This document shows positions 1 to 10,844 of a DNA stretch of 64,000 nt, in pieces. A program made the position numbers and the translations under genes. This DNA is from Bacillota bacterium (GTDB lineage: Bacteria > Bacillota > Limnochordia > DTU087), in contig JAAYQZ010000052.1 in the NCBI GenBank assembly GCA_012519025.1, positions 341-64,340 on the forward strand. The letters run 5' to 3'. How positions within the stretch are numbered: position 1 is the first letter of the stretch; every line of letters starts with the position of its first letter. Below the pieces are notes generated by a model. The model ran no database searches. It was not told the DNA's origin and saw only the letters and a list, made by a program, of their open reading frames with translations.

Positions 1-999
1 CCCCTCGCTTTGTTACAATTTGATGAGATGCATAACTACGGGGTTGTAGAGATGGGTATGCGGGGACTTGGACAAATTGAGGAATTGACAAAGATTGCCA
101 AACCTCAAGTAGGGGTAATTACGAACGTTGATGTAGTACATATTGAGCTTTTGGGTAGTTTGAGCAATATTGCCGCAGCCAAGGAAGAGCTTTTAATAAA
201 CATGCCATTAGAAGGTGTGGTAGTATTAAACGCCGATGATGATCTAGTCCGGCAGATGGGGGCAGACTGTGAAAAGATGAACATAGTGTATTATGGTTAC
301 CAACAACCAAAACCGGCATGTCCCTCAACGGCAAAATATGTAACGGCCCAAAATATCGCTCAAAAAGGTGAAGCTGGCATAAGTTTTAAGCTTTGCTGTG
401 AGGGGCAGATTGTGGACATTAAAGTACCTTTGCCCGGTCTTTACCAAGTGCATAACGCTTTAGCTGCGGCAGCTGCCTGTATGGCTGTAGGTGCCGGACT
501 GGAACACGTGCAGGCGGGGTTGGCCAATGTTGAGCTATCCGGCATGAGGATGGAACAGATACAATTGGCCTGCGGTGGATTGCTTATTAATGATGCATAT
601 AATGCGAACCCCACCGCGATGGAAGCTGCACTCGAGACCACTGAAATTGTTGCAGCAGGTAGGGCATTTGGTTTCATATTAGGTGATATGTTGGAGTTGG
701 GTCATTTATCTAAACAGGCCCATTATGATATAGGCCAAAAAGCTGCCGCCTTTTTACCAAACTATTTAATCACTGTTGGAGAAAATGCCAAAGAGATTGC
801 TCGAGGTGCCCGGGATCAAGGTATGGACAAGGACAGCATCATCGAGTGCTCTGATTACAAGACTGCACAAAATGCGGCTTGCAGCAGGGTTCGGCCCGGG
901 GAAGTCGTGCTTGTGAAAGGCTCAAGGGGCATGGCACTGGAGCATGTAGTCTGGGCTTTGAGACAGCAGGTTGATGATGCAGGGGGGAGATGGGATTGA
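1..999 (+). CDS. murF: UDP-MurNAc-tripeptide:D-Ala-D-Ala ligase (5'-truncated by window edge)
   Basis: VVEMGM, NDAYNANP, LGDMLELG and LVKGSRGM motifs; directly upstream of mraY. Confidence 0.93.
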   Translation, partial: PLALLQFDEMHNYGVVEMGMRGLGQIEELTKIAKPQVGVITNVDVVHIELLGSLSNIAAAKEELLINMPLEGVVVLNADDDLVRQMGADCEKMNIVYYGYQQPKPACPSTAKYVTAQNIAQKGEAGISFKLCCEGQIVDIKVPLPGLYQVHNALAAAAACMAVGAGLEHVQAGLANVELSGMRMEQIQLACGGLLINDAYNANPTAMEAALETTEIVAAGRAFGFILGDMLELGHLSKQAHYDIGQKAAAFLPNYLITVGENAKEIARGARDQGMDKDSIIECSDYKTAQNAACSRVRPGEVVLVKGSRGMALEHVVWALRQQVDDAGGRWD

Positions 1000-1973
1000 T
1001 AGTAATGAGCCTTTATGGGGCGCTCTTGGCCTTTACCATTGCATTATTGGCCGGACCCCATGTAATTGGCTATTTACATAGGCTCCGTTTCGGGCAAAAT
1101 GTTAGGACCGATGGACCCAAAACACATTTAAAAAAAGCAGGCACTCCCACCATGGGGGGAGTTTTGATTGTCTTTGCTGCCACAATCAGCATTTTAGTTT
1201 TGGCTCCAAATCATATGGATGTGCGCTACTGCCTTTTGGCTACACTGGGGTTTGCACTGATTGGGTTTGTTGATGATTTCATTAGTGTTGTTGCCAAAAG
1301 GCCGTTAGGGTTGAAGGCAAGGTATAAATTTATCGGGCAGCTTTTGGTAGGCTTGGCAGTCAGTCTCCATGCAGTGGGTTCCCCCCACATAGGTACCGAT
1401 ATGTTGGTGCCTTTTACGACCTTCAGTATTACACTACCCTTGTGGGCATTTGTCCTGTTCGCCGTTTTGACTATGGTAGGAGCTGCCAATGCTGTCAATT
1501 TTACCGACGGCTTGGATGGTTTGGCGGCAGGCACAACGGCAGTGGCAGCTGTTAGTTATGCTCTTATATGCATTGGCCTGGGGAAGTGGGAATTGGCCGC
1601 TTTTGCCGGCACTATTGCCGGGGCATGTTTGGGATTCACTTGGTTTAACGCCCATCCGGCCCAAGTAATAATGGGTGACACCGGTTCTTTGGGGTTGGGT
1701 GCTGCTTTGGGGGCTTTGGCGGTTGTTACCGGAACTGAACTGTTTTTGGTTATCATTGGTGGAGTTTTTGTTATAGAAACAATGTCAGTTATACTGCAAG
1801 TTGGATATTTCCGTCTAACTGGAGGCAAACGCATCTTTAAGATGAGCCCCTTACATCATCACTTTGAACTTCTGGGCTGGCCTGAAAGCAAGGTGGTTTT
1901 CCGTTTTTGGATCTTGGCTTTTGTATTTGCCCTATTAGGGTTGGCGGGATTTTCCACCGGCCTTGTGTTGTGA
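990..1973 (+). CDS. mraY: Phospho-N-acetylmuramoyl-pentapeptide transferase
   Basis: KAGTPTMGG, GFVDD, NAVNFTDGLDGL, MGDTGS and PLHHHFE motifs. Confidence 0.97.
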   Translation: MGLIVMSLYGALLAFTIALLAGPHVIGYLHRLRFGQNVRTDGPKTHLKKAGTPTMGGVLIVFAATISILVLAPNHMDVRYCLLATLGFALIGFVDDFISVVAKRPLGLKARYKFIGQLLVGLAVSLHAVGSPHIGTDMLVPFTTFSITLPLWAFVLFAVLTMVGAANAVNFTDGLDGLAAGTTAVAAVSYALICIGLGKWELAAFAGTIAGACLGFTWFNAHPAQVIMGDTGSLGLGAALGALAVVTGTELFLVIIGGVFVIETMSVILQVGYFRLTGGKRIFKMSPLHHHFELLGWPESKVVFRFWILAFVFALLGLAGFSTGLVL

Positions 1974-2010
1974 AGTTGGGCTGCCGAAATAAAGCTAAGG
2001 GGGGAGTGCA

Positions 2011-3108
2011 GTGTCCCAAGGGACTCAGCGAATGCCGGATGTCCTTTTGTTTGCCGCGGCTTTTTTGTTAGTGGGTATTGGTTTGATTATGGTCTACAGT
2101 GCCAGCTCTGTTATGGCTTTGGCAGAAACAGGAGATAGCCTGCACTATTTAAAAAGGCAGTTGGTTGGTGTCGTAGTCGGTGTCATCGCGATGATTGTTG
2201 TTATGAGAGTCGATTACCGCTTGTACCAAAAGGTGGCAATATTGGGTGTAGCTGTGGCTTATGTGCTGCTTGTAGTTGTGCTGCTTCAGGGCACTAAAAT
2301 TGCCGGTTCACGCCGCTGGATCAATTTGGGCATTATCAATCTGCAGCCCTCTGAATTGGCGAAATTAGCCTTAGTCAATTTTACAGCCGCATTTGCGGCC
2401 TCAAGGCCTCAAGATATGCGGCGGTTTTGGAAAGGGTTGATGTGGCCCCTTGCAGTGACCGGTGGATTTTTTGTTTTGATCATGCTGGAACCGGATTTCG
2501 GTACAGCAGTTTCTATGGCCGGCACTAGTGTAGTTTTGCTGTTTGCCTGCGGGGTTCAGGCAAGCCATATAGTTGGTATAGGGGCTTTGGCACTCCCTTT
2601 GCTTGGGGTAATAATCTGGCTAGAACCTTACCGCTTGGAACGAATTTTGTCATTTATGGATCCGTGGGCAGATCCCATGAACACAGGTTGGAACATTATC
2701 CAATCGCTTTTGGCCATCGGTTCCGGTGGGTTATTTGGCTTGGGCTTGGGCAGCAGTCGCCAAAAATTCTTTTATTTGCCGGAACAGCACACGGATTTTA
2801 TCTTCGCCATTCTCAGTGAGGAGCTGGGGCTTTTGGGTGGTTTGATCACACTGTTGTTATTTTTTCTATTGGCCTGGCGAGGCTATCGCACGGCATTAAA
2901 AGCCCCCGATCTGTTTGGTTGCTTCTTAGCAGTGGGCATAACTACCATGATCACACTGCAGGCAGTCTTAAATATGGGTGTTGTAAGTGGAATTTTGCCG
3001 GTGACAGGACTTACTTTGCCTTTCATTAGTTTTGGCAGCTCCTCTTTGGTCGTCACTCTTATAGGTATAGGTATTTTATTAAATATCTCAAAGCATGAAA
3101 CGGTCTAA
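2011..3108 (+). CDS. ftsW: SEDS peptidoglycan polymerase FtsW/SpoVE
   Basis: RWI..QPSELAK, EPDFGT, LPEQHTDFIF and LPFISFG motifs; dcw position. Confidence 0.92.
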   Translation: MSQGTQRMPDVLLFAAAFLLVGIGLIMVYSASSVMALAETGDSLHYLKRQLVGVVVGVIAMIVVMRVDYRLYQKVAILGVAVAYVLLVVVLLQGTKIAGSRRWINLGIINLQPSELAKLALVNFTAAFAASRPQDMRRFWKGLMWPLAVTGGFFVLIMLEPDFGTAVSMAGTSVVLLFACGVQASHIVGIGALALPLLGVIIWLEPYRLERILSFMDPWADPMNTGWNIIQSLLAIGSGGLFGLGLGSSRQKFFYLPEQHTDFIFAILSEELGLLGGLITLLLFFLLAWRGYRTALKAPDLFGCFLAVGITTMITLQAVLNMGVVSGILPVTGLTLPFISFGSSSLVVTLIGIGILLNISKHETV

Positions 3109-3128
3109 CTTGCATAGGAGGTGTTTTA

Positions 3129-4262
3129 GTGCGGGTTCTTATCGCGGCAGGTGGAACCGGTGGCCACATCTATCCGGGGCTGACTATTGCAGATGAAATC
3201 AAGCGGCGCTTTCCCAAGGGCGAGATTGCTTTTGTTGGAACAAAGTACGGCCTGGAGACGAGCATTATTCCACGGGCAGGCCATCGGTTAGAACTGATCG
3301 AAGTCAAATACTTCGAAAGAAAACTGTCCTTAGACACATTGAGGACGTGTTTTGTGGCAGTAAAAGGTGTCAGCCAATCACTTGCATTGATGGGAAAATT
3401 TCAGCCGGATATAGTCATCGGCACCGGCGGGTATGTGGCAGGGCCGGTGCTTTTAGCAGCTGCTTTGCGCAGGATTCCAACACTCATACAAGAACAAAAT
3501 GCATTCCCCGGGGCCACCAGCCGAATCCTCGGCAAGTTTGTTAATCTAGTTGCTTTGGGGTATGAAGAGGCAGACAAGTTTTTTCCGTCCCGAAAGGTTG
3601 TCGCAAGCGGCAATCCTATTCGACAAGAAATTGTCGAAGTCACAAAAAAAGAAGCCGTTGATGCACTTGCTTTAGAGCCTGGGTTACCCACTGTAGTGGT
3701 TTTCGGCGGCAGCCAGGGTGGTCGAAGTATTAATCAAGCCATGGCAGAGTTGAGACCACGCCTTTTGGCACACTCAATTCAGGTAATTCACCAGACCGGC
3801 CAGCAAGCGTATCCCAGCACAGCGGAGGGGATCCTCACCAGGCTGGGAAAGCCGATACCAAGTCCCTTACCGGATATGGTACAGGAAGGTCGTATCCGCA
3901 CAGTTCCATACATTTACGATATGCCGGCAGCCTTAGCTGCCAGCGATCTAGTAGTGGGAAGAGCTGGTGCCATCTCTTTAGCAGAGATTGCAGCAAGGGG
4001 CCTTCCTGCTGTTTTGATTCCTTTTCCCTACGCCGCTGCCAACCATCAAGAAAAAAATGCGCGGGTGTTTGAAAATGCCGGTGCCGCCAAAGTCTTGCTA
4101 GATAAAGATGTAAGCGGCAAAAGCCTGGGAGATCTGGTTTTCGAATTATTAAATAATAGGGCTCAGCTCGCAAAAATGGCCGCGGCCAGCAAATCTCTGG
4201 GCCGAATCAGTGCTGCTGAAGCAGTGGTTGATCAAATAGAGGAGCTGATCAGGCCGGTTTGA
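3129..4262 (+). CDS. murG: Lipid II GlcNAc transferase
   Basis: GGTGGHIYP, TGGYV, GNPIR, GGSQG and HQEKNA motifs. Confidence 0.97.
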   Translation: MRVLIAAGGTGGHIYPGLTIADEIKRRFPKGEIAFVGTKYGLETSIIPRAGHRLELIEVKYFERKLSLDTLRTCFVAVKGVSQSLALMGKFQPDIVIGTGGYVAGPVLLAAALRRIPTLIQEQNAFPGATSRILGKFVNLVALGYEEADKFFPSRKVVASGNPIRQEIVEVTKKEAVDALALEPGLPTVVVFGGSQGGRSINQAMAELRPRLLAHSIQVIHQTGQQAYPSTAEGILTRLGKPIPSPLPDMVQEGRIRTVPYIYDMPAALAASDLVVGRAGAISLAEIAARGLPAVLIPFPYAAANHQEKNARVFENAGAAKVLLDKDVSGKSLGDLVFELLNNRAQLAKMAAASKSLGRISAAEAVVDQIEELIRPV

Positions 4263-4286
4263 GGCTTAAATCCCGGGGAATGGGGC

Positions 4287-4311
4287 ACAACACAAGACCT
4301 TTGCATATCAT
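4287..4311 (+). promoter_or_regulatory. Possible mother-cell (sigmaE/sigmaK-type) promoter upstream of murA
   Basis: AC-15nt-CATATCAT; spacing slightly short of consensus. Confidence 0.3.
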
Positions 4312-4437
4312 GTAGTATCTCTGCCTGAGGTTTTTGGGCAAACCGTAGATAGAGATACTCCGTGGCGCAGGGGTTTTTATCATTTTAGGCTTGCCGCGGG
4401 ATCTCTTTAGCCAAAGGGAAGGCTGGGTGATGGACAT

Positions 4438-5688
4438 ATGTCAGTAATTCGAGTCTGTGGCGGTAGATCACTGCAGGGGTATATACCGATCAGTGGTGCT
4501 AAGAATGCAGTTTTGAAGCTCATGGCGGCCGCTTTGATGGCCCCCGGTTCTTATGTGATCCGCAATGTTCCCGCAATCCAAGATGTGTTTACTATGGTTG
4601 ATTTACTTGAAACCTTAGGAGCTAAGGTGGATTTTAAGGATTCTATTTTAAAGATCCTGGTGGGAGAGGAAATTGGTGAAGAGGCACCACATGATGTCGT
4701 GCGGAAAATGCGTGCATCAATCCAGGTAATGGGTCCTTTGCTGGCCCGGCTTAAAAGAGTTAAAGTGTCGCTGCCGGGGGGATGTGCCATTGGCGAAAGG
4801 CCCATTGATTTTCATTTGAAAGGTTTGTATCAACTGGGAGCCAAAATTCATGAAGAATGCGGGTACATCTATGCCGAGACCAAGGGGCTTGTAGGTGCGG
4901 ACATCCAGCTTGATTATCCAAGTGTGGGGGCTACAGAAAATTTAATGATGGCAGCAGCCCTAGCCAAAGGGACAACTCAGCTGCGCAATGTGGCCCGTGA
5001 ACCGGAGATTGTAGAGGTACAAAACTTCCTCAACCGTATGGGGGCCAGCATTCGAGGGGCAGGAACCGATGTTATCCGCATTGAAGGCGTAGATGAGCTT
5101 CGGGGAGCGGATCATACCGTTATACCCGATCGCATTGAAGCGGGAACCTATCTGATTGCAGCAGCCATATGCGGTGGCTCCGTGACGTTAGGACCTGTCA
5201 TACCACAACACTTAGCCGGTTTGACGGCAAAACTTAAGGAAATAGGGATTTATATCAAGACCGAAAATGATCAAATTCGGGTGGAGTCGGATGGCAAGTA
5301 CACAACTAGCAATTTTCAGTCTTTACCCTACCCCGGATTCCCAACCGATCTTCTTCCTCAAGCAATGGCCCTAATGACCACTGGGATTGGGACTAGTATC
5401 ATTAAAGAAATGGTCTATTCAAATCGCTTTAAGCAGGTGAGTGAGCTGAGGCGCATGGGGGCCAAAATTGTAGTGGCAGACAGAACAGCAATTGTTCAAG
5501 GTGTGCCTTACCTGAGGGGTGCGGAAGTTGTAGTGTCTGATTTAAGGGCAGGAGCTGCTTTGGTGATAGCAGGTCTTAAAGCTGAAGGTGTGACTCTTAT
5601 TCAAGACAGCGGCCATTTGAAACGAGGTTATGACAATTTAGTTCGAAAACTTCAAGCAGTGGGCGCCGACATTTCCCAACCGATGTAA
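4438..5688 (+). CDS. murA: UDP-GlcNAc 1-carboxyvinyltransferase
   Basis: ISGAKNA, LPGGCAIGERP (active-site Cys), PDRIEAGT and GFPTD motifs. Confidence 0.97.
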   Translation: MSVIRVCGGRSLQGYIPISGAKNAVLKLMAAALMAPGSYVIRNVPAIQDVFTMVDLLETLGAKVDFKDSILKILVGEEIGEEAPHDVVRKMRASIQVMGPLLARLKRVKVSLPGGCAIGERPIDFHLKGLYQLGAKIHEECGYIYAETKGLVGADIQLDYPSVGATENLMMAAALAKGTTQLRNVAREPEIVEVQNFLNRMGASIRGAGTDVIRIEGVDELRGADHTVIPDRIEAGTYLIAAAICGGSVTLGPVIPQHLAGLTAKLKEIGIYIKTENDQIRVESDGKYTTSNFQSLPYPGFPTDLLPQAMALMTTGIGTSIIKEMVYSNRFKQVSELRRMGAKIVVADRTAIVQGVPYLRGAEVVVSDLRAGAALVIAGLKAEGVTLIQDSGHLKRGYDNLVRKLQAVGADISQPM

Positions 5689-5781
5689 AGCAAAATAAGG
5701 CTTTTGGCAGCAATTTTCTCCAATTCCTTTTCCCACCTATGATATAATTGAAATAGCAATCTGCAGGGAAGCGGGAGAACT

Positions 5782-6492
5782 ATGCCTAAAAATTTGCGAT
5801 CCTATTCAACGACAATCTCAGTGTTTGCGTTAATGTTAGTGATCGGCGCGTATGCTTTGCTTCATTCGCCGTTTTTCCTTGTCCAAAATATCCATGCCAG
5901 CGGTTCCAGCTATACTACAACACAGTTGGCTAAAATTGCCGGGATCGAGATCGGGACAAGCCTTTTGAAGCTCAATGTTGAGCTTGCCGAGAGCTATCTT
6001 GAGGAAGAGCCGATTATCTACAGAGCAATTGTCCGTCGCCACCTGCCGGGGACCGTTGTTATTGAAGTTGAAGAGCGAACCCCGATTGCCGCTGTGCCCA
6101 ACGGGTTGGAATTTTGGGGAGTTGCAGCTGATGGTACGGTTCTTGGCCCTTTGAACATGGCAGGAATAAGTTTACCGATAATCACCGGTGCTGATCCTAA
6201 AGAACTGGTAATTGGGCGTAAAAATCTCAGTGAGTTGGTAATGGGGGCCTCGATTTTGCAGGGGCTAGCACAGGGGATGCGGGATCAAATTTCCGAAGTC
6301 AATGTGGAAAGTCGGGATGGACTCCGTCTAATCTGCCGGAACTTGGTGCAGTTTTATCTTGGTGGACCGGGTCAGATGCAGGAGAAACTGCAGATAGTTG
6401 CTGCTTTTTTGCCGAAACTCGGCCAGGCAGCACCCCAGTCCGGTGCTTTCGTGGATGTTTCCAATCCAAACCGCCCCGTGGTGCGCAAATGA
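5782..6492 (+). CDS. divIB: Cell division protein DivIB/FtsQ
   Basis: N-terminal TM followed by POTRA-like region (RHLPGTVVIEVEERTP); lies between murA and ftsA. Confidence 0.82.
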   Translation: MPKNLRSYSTTISVFALMLVIGAYALLHSPFFLVQNIHASGSSYTTTQLAKIAGIEIGTSLLKLNVELAESYLEEEPIIYRAIVRRHLPGTVVIEVEERTPIAAVPNGLEFWGVAADGTVLGPLNMAGISLPIITGADPKELVIGRKNLSELVMGASILQGLAQGMRDQISEVNVESRDGLRLICRNLVQFYLGGPGQMQEKLQIVAAFLPKLGQAAPQSGAFVDVSNPNRPVVRK

Positions 6493-6529
6493 TAATACTG
6501 ATAAAAGCCCTTAGTGAGACTGGGTGAAA

Positions 6530-6555
6530 GAGGGAATTTGCCCACATCGTGGAAC
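6530..6555 (+). promoter_or_regulatory. Possible sigmaH-type promoter for ftsAZ
   Basis: GAGGGAATT...GTGGAAC; imperfect match, but ftsAZ has a sigmaH promoter in B. subtilis. Confidence 0.35.
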
Positions 6556-6567
6556 TAGAAAGCAAAG

Positions 6568-7806
6568 GTGAAAATCTTGGGTTCTGTTCATCCGGAAGCA
6601 GGACACACAATGTCTGCTATTGAAATAGGTACTTCAAAGGTAACTGTCCTTATAGCTGCTTTTGATTCAAAAGGTGCTGTTCAGATTCTGGGGGCAGGTA
6701 GAAGTTCGCATAATGCTGTGCATAGAGGCGCTGTGTTAGAGGAGTCCCAAGTTGTAGATGCGATCTCAGAGGCGATTATTAAGGCCGAAAGGATGGCTGC
6801 TGTTCCATTATCCAATCCGCTGGTGGGAATCCCGGGTACCCACATTTCAGCATTTGTGGCCGGCGGTTCTGTAACCATTACTCGCTTGGGCAGTAAAGTT
6901 CAGCCAGCTGATATTGATCGGGTAATTGAAGCGGCCAAAGCAAGGGCAGTGCCGCTGGGGCGTCGTATAATTGGCTATGAGATTCTAGAATTCACAGTAG
7001 ATGATGTGCATCTTGCTGCTTCTCCACTGGGGCAGCAAGCCCGCTACTTAGGTGCAGATGTTCAGTTTGTAACTCTTTCACTGGCGGCCTTAGAGAGCTA
7101 CCGTGCCTGTTTGGCCAAGGCCGGCCTAAAATCGGACAAGATTATACCCTCCAGTATTGCAGCTTCTTATAGTGTTTTAACTCTAAAAGAGCGAGCAGAA
7201 GGAGTTATTTTAGTTGACGTGGGGGCAGGTTTGTGCGAGTTTGCGGTATATAAAGATGCCATATTGCAGGATTTAGGTTGTTTACCGGTAGGGACCGAAA
7301 ATTTTATTCAAGATTTGATTGTGGGTTTGAATATTACGAAAGATGAGGCAAGACACCTTTTACAAACTGTAGGTTTAAGGCCTGCCCAGGGGCTGGAGCA
7401 TGTTGGGACCAAACTAGCACCTGGGGTTAGCTCGGAAGTGCTAGAAGGTTGCAATAGGATTTTGGCGGCCAGAGGCGAAGAGATCTGGCAGCTGATTAAT
7501 GAGGCAGTGACTAATGTAAATTTAGGTCGCAGCAGGCCGAAATACGTCAAATTGGTCGGTGGAGGGGCGTTGGTGCCCGGATTTAGAGAGCTTGGCACAG
7601 CGATTATGGATAGTTCTATTGAAGTGGCGCAACCGGCGAGCGTGGCTGGCTTACCCGAGGCTTGGCAAAATCCAAGCTCAGCTGTTTGTGTAGGTTTGAT
7701 TTCGCACCAGATAGATGGGTTAGCGAAGTCGGCGGGGGATATAAAACAATCCGGAATGATACACGTGCCATGGCAAAAGATACGGACTTGGCTGGGGTTC
7801 CAGTAG
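6568..7806 (+). CDS. ftsA: Cell division protein FtsA, divergent (start may be ATG 6610)
   Basis: EIGTSKV, DVGAG and VGGGA actin-like motifs; C-terminal amphipathic [10 protein letters not shown]; upstream of ftsZ. Confidence 0.88.
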   Translation: MKILGSVHPEAGHTMSAIEIGTSKVTVLIAAFDSKGAVQILGAGRSSHNAVHRGAVLEESQVVDAISEAIIKAERMAAVPLSNPLVGIPGTHISAFVAGGSVTITRLGSKVQPADIDRVIEAAKARAVPLGRRIIGYEILEFTVDDVHLAASPLGQQARYLGADVQFVTLSLAALESYRACLAKAGLKSDKIIPSSIAASYSVLTLKERAEGVILVDVGAGLCEFAVYKDAILQDLGCLPVGTENFIQDLIVGLNITKDEARHLLQTVGLRPAQGLEHVGTKLAPGVSSEVLEGCNRILAARGEEIWQLINEAVTNVNLGRSRPKYVKLVGGGALVPGFRELGTAIMDSSIEVAQPASVAGLPEAWQNPSSAVCVGLISHQIDGLAKSAGDIKQSGMIHVPWQKIRTWLGFQ

Positions 7807-7849
7807 TAAAGCTGCCGGTGGTTCCGGTTGGTGGGAGGTAGAGAGGGAC

Positions 7850-8914
7850 ATGTTCGAATTCGATATGGAGAATGGGCAATTTGCCGATATTAAGGTAGTA
7901 GGAGTTGGCGGAGGTGGCAACAATGCCATCAACCGCATGATTGAAGCGGAATTGCGAGGTGTGCAATTTATAGCACTGAATACAGACGCACAATCCTTAC
8001 TACTGTCCAACGCCAGCCATAAAGTCCAAATGGGAGAAAAACTTACAAAAGGCTTAGGTGCTGGTTCTAACCCCGAGATAGGGCAGAAGGCAGCAGAAGA
8101 GAGCCGAGATGAAGTTAAAGATTTGTTGGCCGGTGCCGACATGGTGTTTATCACGGCAGGCATGGGCGGTGGGACCGGTACGGGTGGTGCACCTATAGTA
8201 GCAGAACTGGCCAGAGAAGTGGCGGCATTGACTGTGGGTGTTGTGACGAAACCATTTACTTTTGAAGGCAAACGCCGTATGAAACAGGCTGAAGAGGGGA
8301 TTTTGGCGTTAAAAGACAAAGTGGACACCTTAATTACCATTCCAAACGATCGCTTGCTGCAGGTGGCAGAAAAGAAAACCTCAATCATAGAGGCATTTCG
8401 CATGGCAGATGAGGTCCTGCTGCACGGTGTTAGGGGGATTGCTAATTTAATTACTGTACCCGGTTTGATCAATCTGGACTTTGCCGATGTGCGCACGATT
8501 ATGACCAACGCAGGATCGGCTTTAATGGGTCTGGGGTATGCCAGCGGCGAAAACAGGGCTGCTAAAGCTGCAAATATGGCTATTTCGAGTCCCCTTTTGG
8601 AGGCTTCCATTGAAGGGGCTAAAGGCATTTTACTAAATATTACGGGGAACTCTTCATTGGGCTTGTTCGAAGTCAACGAAGCCGCAGAGTTAATTGCAGC
8701 TGCAGCCGATAGTGATGCCAATATTATTTTTGGTGCTGTTATCGATGAGGATATCAAAGATGAAATCCGTGTTACAGTGATCGCAACCGGATTCGATGAA
8801 AAAGCCGGCTCTAAAATGGGATTAGCTGAACGGCAAGCAAAGCAAGATGAGTTCGATATCAAGCCATTTGCCACCGATGATCTTGATATACCAGCTTTTC
8901 TGCGGCGCAAATAA
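7850..8914 (+). CDS. ftsZ: Cell division GTPase FtsZ
   Basis: [15 protein letters not shown] and C-terminal DLDIPAFLR. Confidence 0.99.
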   Translation: MFEFDMENGQFADIKVVGVGGGGNNAINRMIEAELRGVQFIALNTDAQSLLLSNASHKVQMGEKLTKGLGAGSNPEIGQKAAEESRDEVKDLLAGADMVFITAGMGGGTGTGGAPIVAELAREVAALTVGVVTKPFTFEGKRRMKQAEEGILALKDKVDTLITIPNDRLLQVAEKKTSIIEAFRMADEVLLHGVRGIANLITVPGLINLDFADVRTIMTNAGSALMGLGYASGENRAAKAANMAISSPLLEASIEGAKGILLNITGNSSLGLFEVNEAAELIAAAADSDANIIFGAVIDEDIKDEIRVTVIATGFDEKAGSKMGLAERQAKQDEFDIKPFATDDLDIPAFLRRK

Positions 8915-8988
8915 ATACTTGATGGGGAAACCCAGACAACGGCAATCAAGGGGGATTTTCCCCTATTAAAAGCTGGGATGCCGAAGGG

Positions 8989-9717
8989 CTACTGCATCTT
9001 TTTGATTTCCCGTCTCAGCTTTTTTAGTATGCGTTTTTCCAACCGTGAAATGTATGATTGGGAAATACCTAAACAATCGGCCACCTCTTTTTGGGTTTTT
9101 TCAATACCATCTTCCAGCCCAAAGCGAAGTTTCATTATCTTGGTTTCTCGGGGATTGAGCCTTTTTAACGCACTGATCAATAAGGCTCGATCTACTTCTT
9201 CCTCAATTCCTTTTGTAACGTTGCTTTCTACACCTAGGATATCAATCCAGCCGATTTCGTTGCCGTCGTAATCGGTGTGCAGCGGCTCTTCTAAGGATAC
9301 CTCCAGCCTGGTTTTATTGTTGCGGCGCAAAAACATGCGGATTTCGTTGTCTATACATTTTGAGGCGTAAGTGGCTAGCTTTACATTCCTGCCCGGGTCA
9401 AAAGTGTTGACAGCCTTAATCAAACCTATCGATCCAATCGAAATCAGATCTTCCATCCCGACTCCCGAGCTTTCAAACTTGCGGGCTATATAGACAACCA
9501 ATCGGAGGTTGCGCTCAATTAAGGTGGTCTTTACGTTTTTGTCGCCGGTCCCCAGTAAATCCAACAACTCCCTTTCTTCATCGGCGTTTAAAGGTGGGGG
9601 CAGCACTTCATTACTGCCAATATAATAGATTCTCTTGGGTCTTAAGCCCAATCTTCGACAGATCTGAAACAGTTTAAGCCGCAGATTTAACAGCAGCTGC
9701 ACATAGATATGCTTCAA
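8989..9717 (-). CDS. sigE: Pro-sigmaE sporulation sigma factor
   Basis: Pro-peptide then [24 protein letters not shown] and [12 protein letters not shown]; TTG start at 9717 after GAGGAGG. Confidence 0.95.
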   Translation of the reverse strand: MKHIYVQLLLNLRLKLFQICRRLGLRPKRIYYIGSNEVLPPPLNADEERELLDLLGTGDKNVKTTLIERNLRLVVYIARKFESSGVGMEDLISIGSIGLIKAVNTFDPGRNVKLATYASKCIDNEIRMFLRRNNKTRLEVSLEEPLHTDYDGNEIGWIDILGVESNVTKGIEEEVDRALLISALKRLNPRETKIMKLRFGLEDGIEKTQKEVADCLGISQSYISRLEKRILKKLRREIKKMQ

Positions 9718-9731
9718 TGCCGCTCTCCTCC

Positions 9732-10685
9732 TCAAGGCGCTAGATTGGCAGATGCTTGCAAGTGCCCCAAAGTGTTTTGGACTATGCTGGGAGGAACAAG
9801 TGCTTTGTACTCCCCAAGTGGATCTAGTTCATGGTTGCATAAAGCCACCACAGTGTCTTGGATTGGGAGCCCCATGCCCTGAATTTCCACAGTGACAAGA
9901 TCGGGTCGAAAGCCAATCAACATACCGGCCGCATTTTCCAACGAAGAGTAAGGGATTATCCTAAATCTATTTGACCAAGATGAGGAAAGCAGCTTTTCTA
10001 TTGCCGCCTGCTCGCCTTTGGCAAGGTGAGATATGCTGTTGGCAAGCTCGTTGGGCAACAGCTTTGTGACCTGCGCCTCCTCCAGGATTACCACCGGTGC
10101 ACCTGTTAAAGGATCGGTCAAATGATTGCCGGTATCAATTAAACCCGTGATTTTGATTTGATTGGGTCCAAAGTGTATGGTGACAGGCAGTTGATAAACG
10201 CGGCTGAGCATTTTCTTTTGTACAACACCCCACCCAAGTTCAGCAATTATGAGAATCCCCGCCGTGGCCGCCAAAAGGCCTAAAAAAGCGTTTGGGTGTT
10301 GCGGAGTCCCCAGTAAATATGCTGCAGCTAATCCTATACCTCCGGCTCCTATGCCGATGGTGGTAAAGTGACCAAACAACACAACCATGCGGCGGCTTGT
10401 GGTGGGATAAAAAGCAACCCAAATCATTACAAGCGTCAGACAAAAGACTGTGGGTAAGGCGCGCAAGATCCCGTAGTAAGGTATAATGCGCAGGTTTGCC
10501 AGGTATAGTAACAGAAAATGGACTGTCCCCAAACTTGCTCCCATAAGCAGCCGCTGCCATGTGGTTTTAGTAAGCGTAGTGGCGGCAGTGGCCCACAAAA
10601 GCAAATAGTCGCATATGAAATTAGTCCCCAACAGCATGATTAATACGTCTAAATAGATGACATAATCAAATCCCACATACACCAT
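9732..10685 (-). CDS. spoIIGA: Pro-sigmaE processing aspartic protease
   Basis: [15 protein letters not shown]-terminus, multi-TM domain, [11 protein letters not shown] catalytic motif, IPYSSL..GFRPD. Confidence 0.93.
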   Translation of the reverse strand: MVYVGFDYVIYLDVLIMLLGTNFICDYLLLWATAATTLTKTTWQRLLMGASLGTVHFLLLYLANLRIIPYYGILRALPTVFCLTLVMIWVAFYPTTSRRMVVLFGHFTTIGIGAGGIGLAAAYLLGTPQHPNAFLGLLAATAGILIIAELGWGVVQKKMLSRVYQLPVTIHFGPNQIKITGLIDTGNHLTDPLTGAPVVILEEAQVTKLLPNELANSISHLAKGEQAAIEKLLSSSWSNRFRIIPYSSLENAAGMLIGFRPDLVTVEIQGMGLPIQDTVVALCNHELDPLGEYKALVPPSIVQNTLGHLQASANLAP

Positions 10686-10775
10686 CTCCTTGTTTGACCC
10701 CGTTAGATATTACCTCGATCCTCGTACATCTCCTTCTATAAACTACAGATAATTATCAATCATCCGACGAATTGG

Positions 10776-10805
10776 GCATAAAAGCCCAGAGGGAGGGCAA
10801 TACTG
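10776..10805 (+). promoter_or_regulatory. sigmaF-type promoter of sigG
   Basis: GCATA-15nt-GGCAATACTG matches GYATA-N15-GGNNANANT. Confidence 0.75.
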
Positions 10806-10844
10806 GATAATACGGATGACAAGCTGTGATGGGGGGAGATTGCT

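Noticed and set aside
7720-8949. 409-aa minus-strand ORF
   Set aside because: Antisense shadow of ftsZ with no recognisable motif.
8915-10844. Invertible (phase-variable) spoIIG cassette
   Set aside because: No inverted repeats are shared by the two junctions (only an 8-bp direct TGATGGGG) and no recombinase lies in the window.
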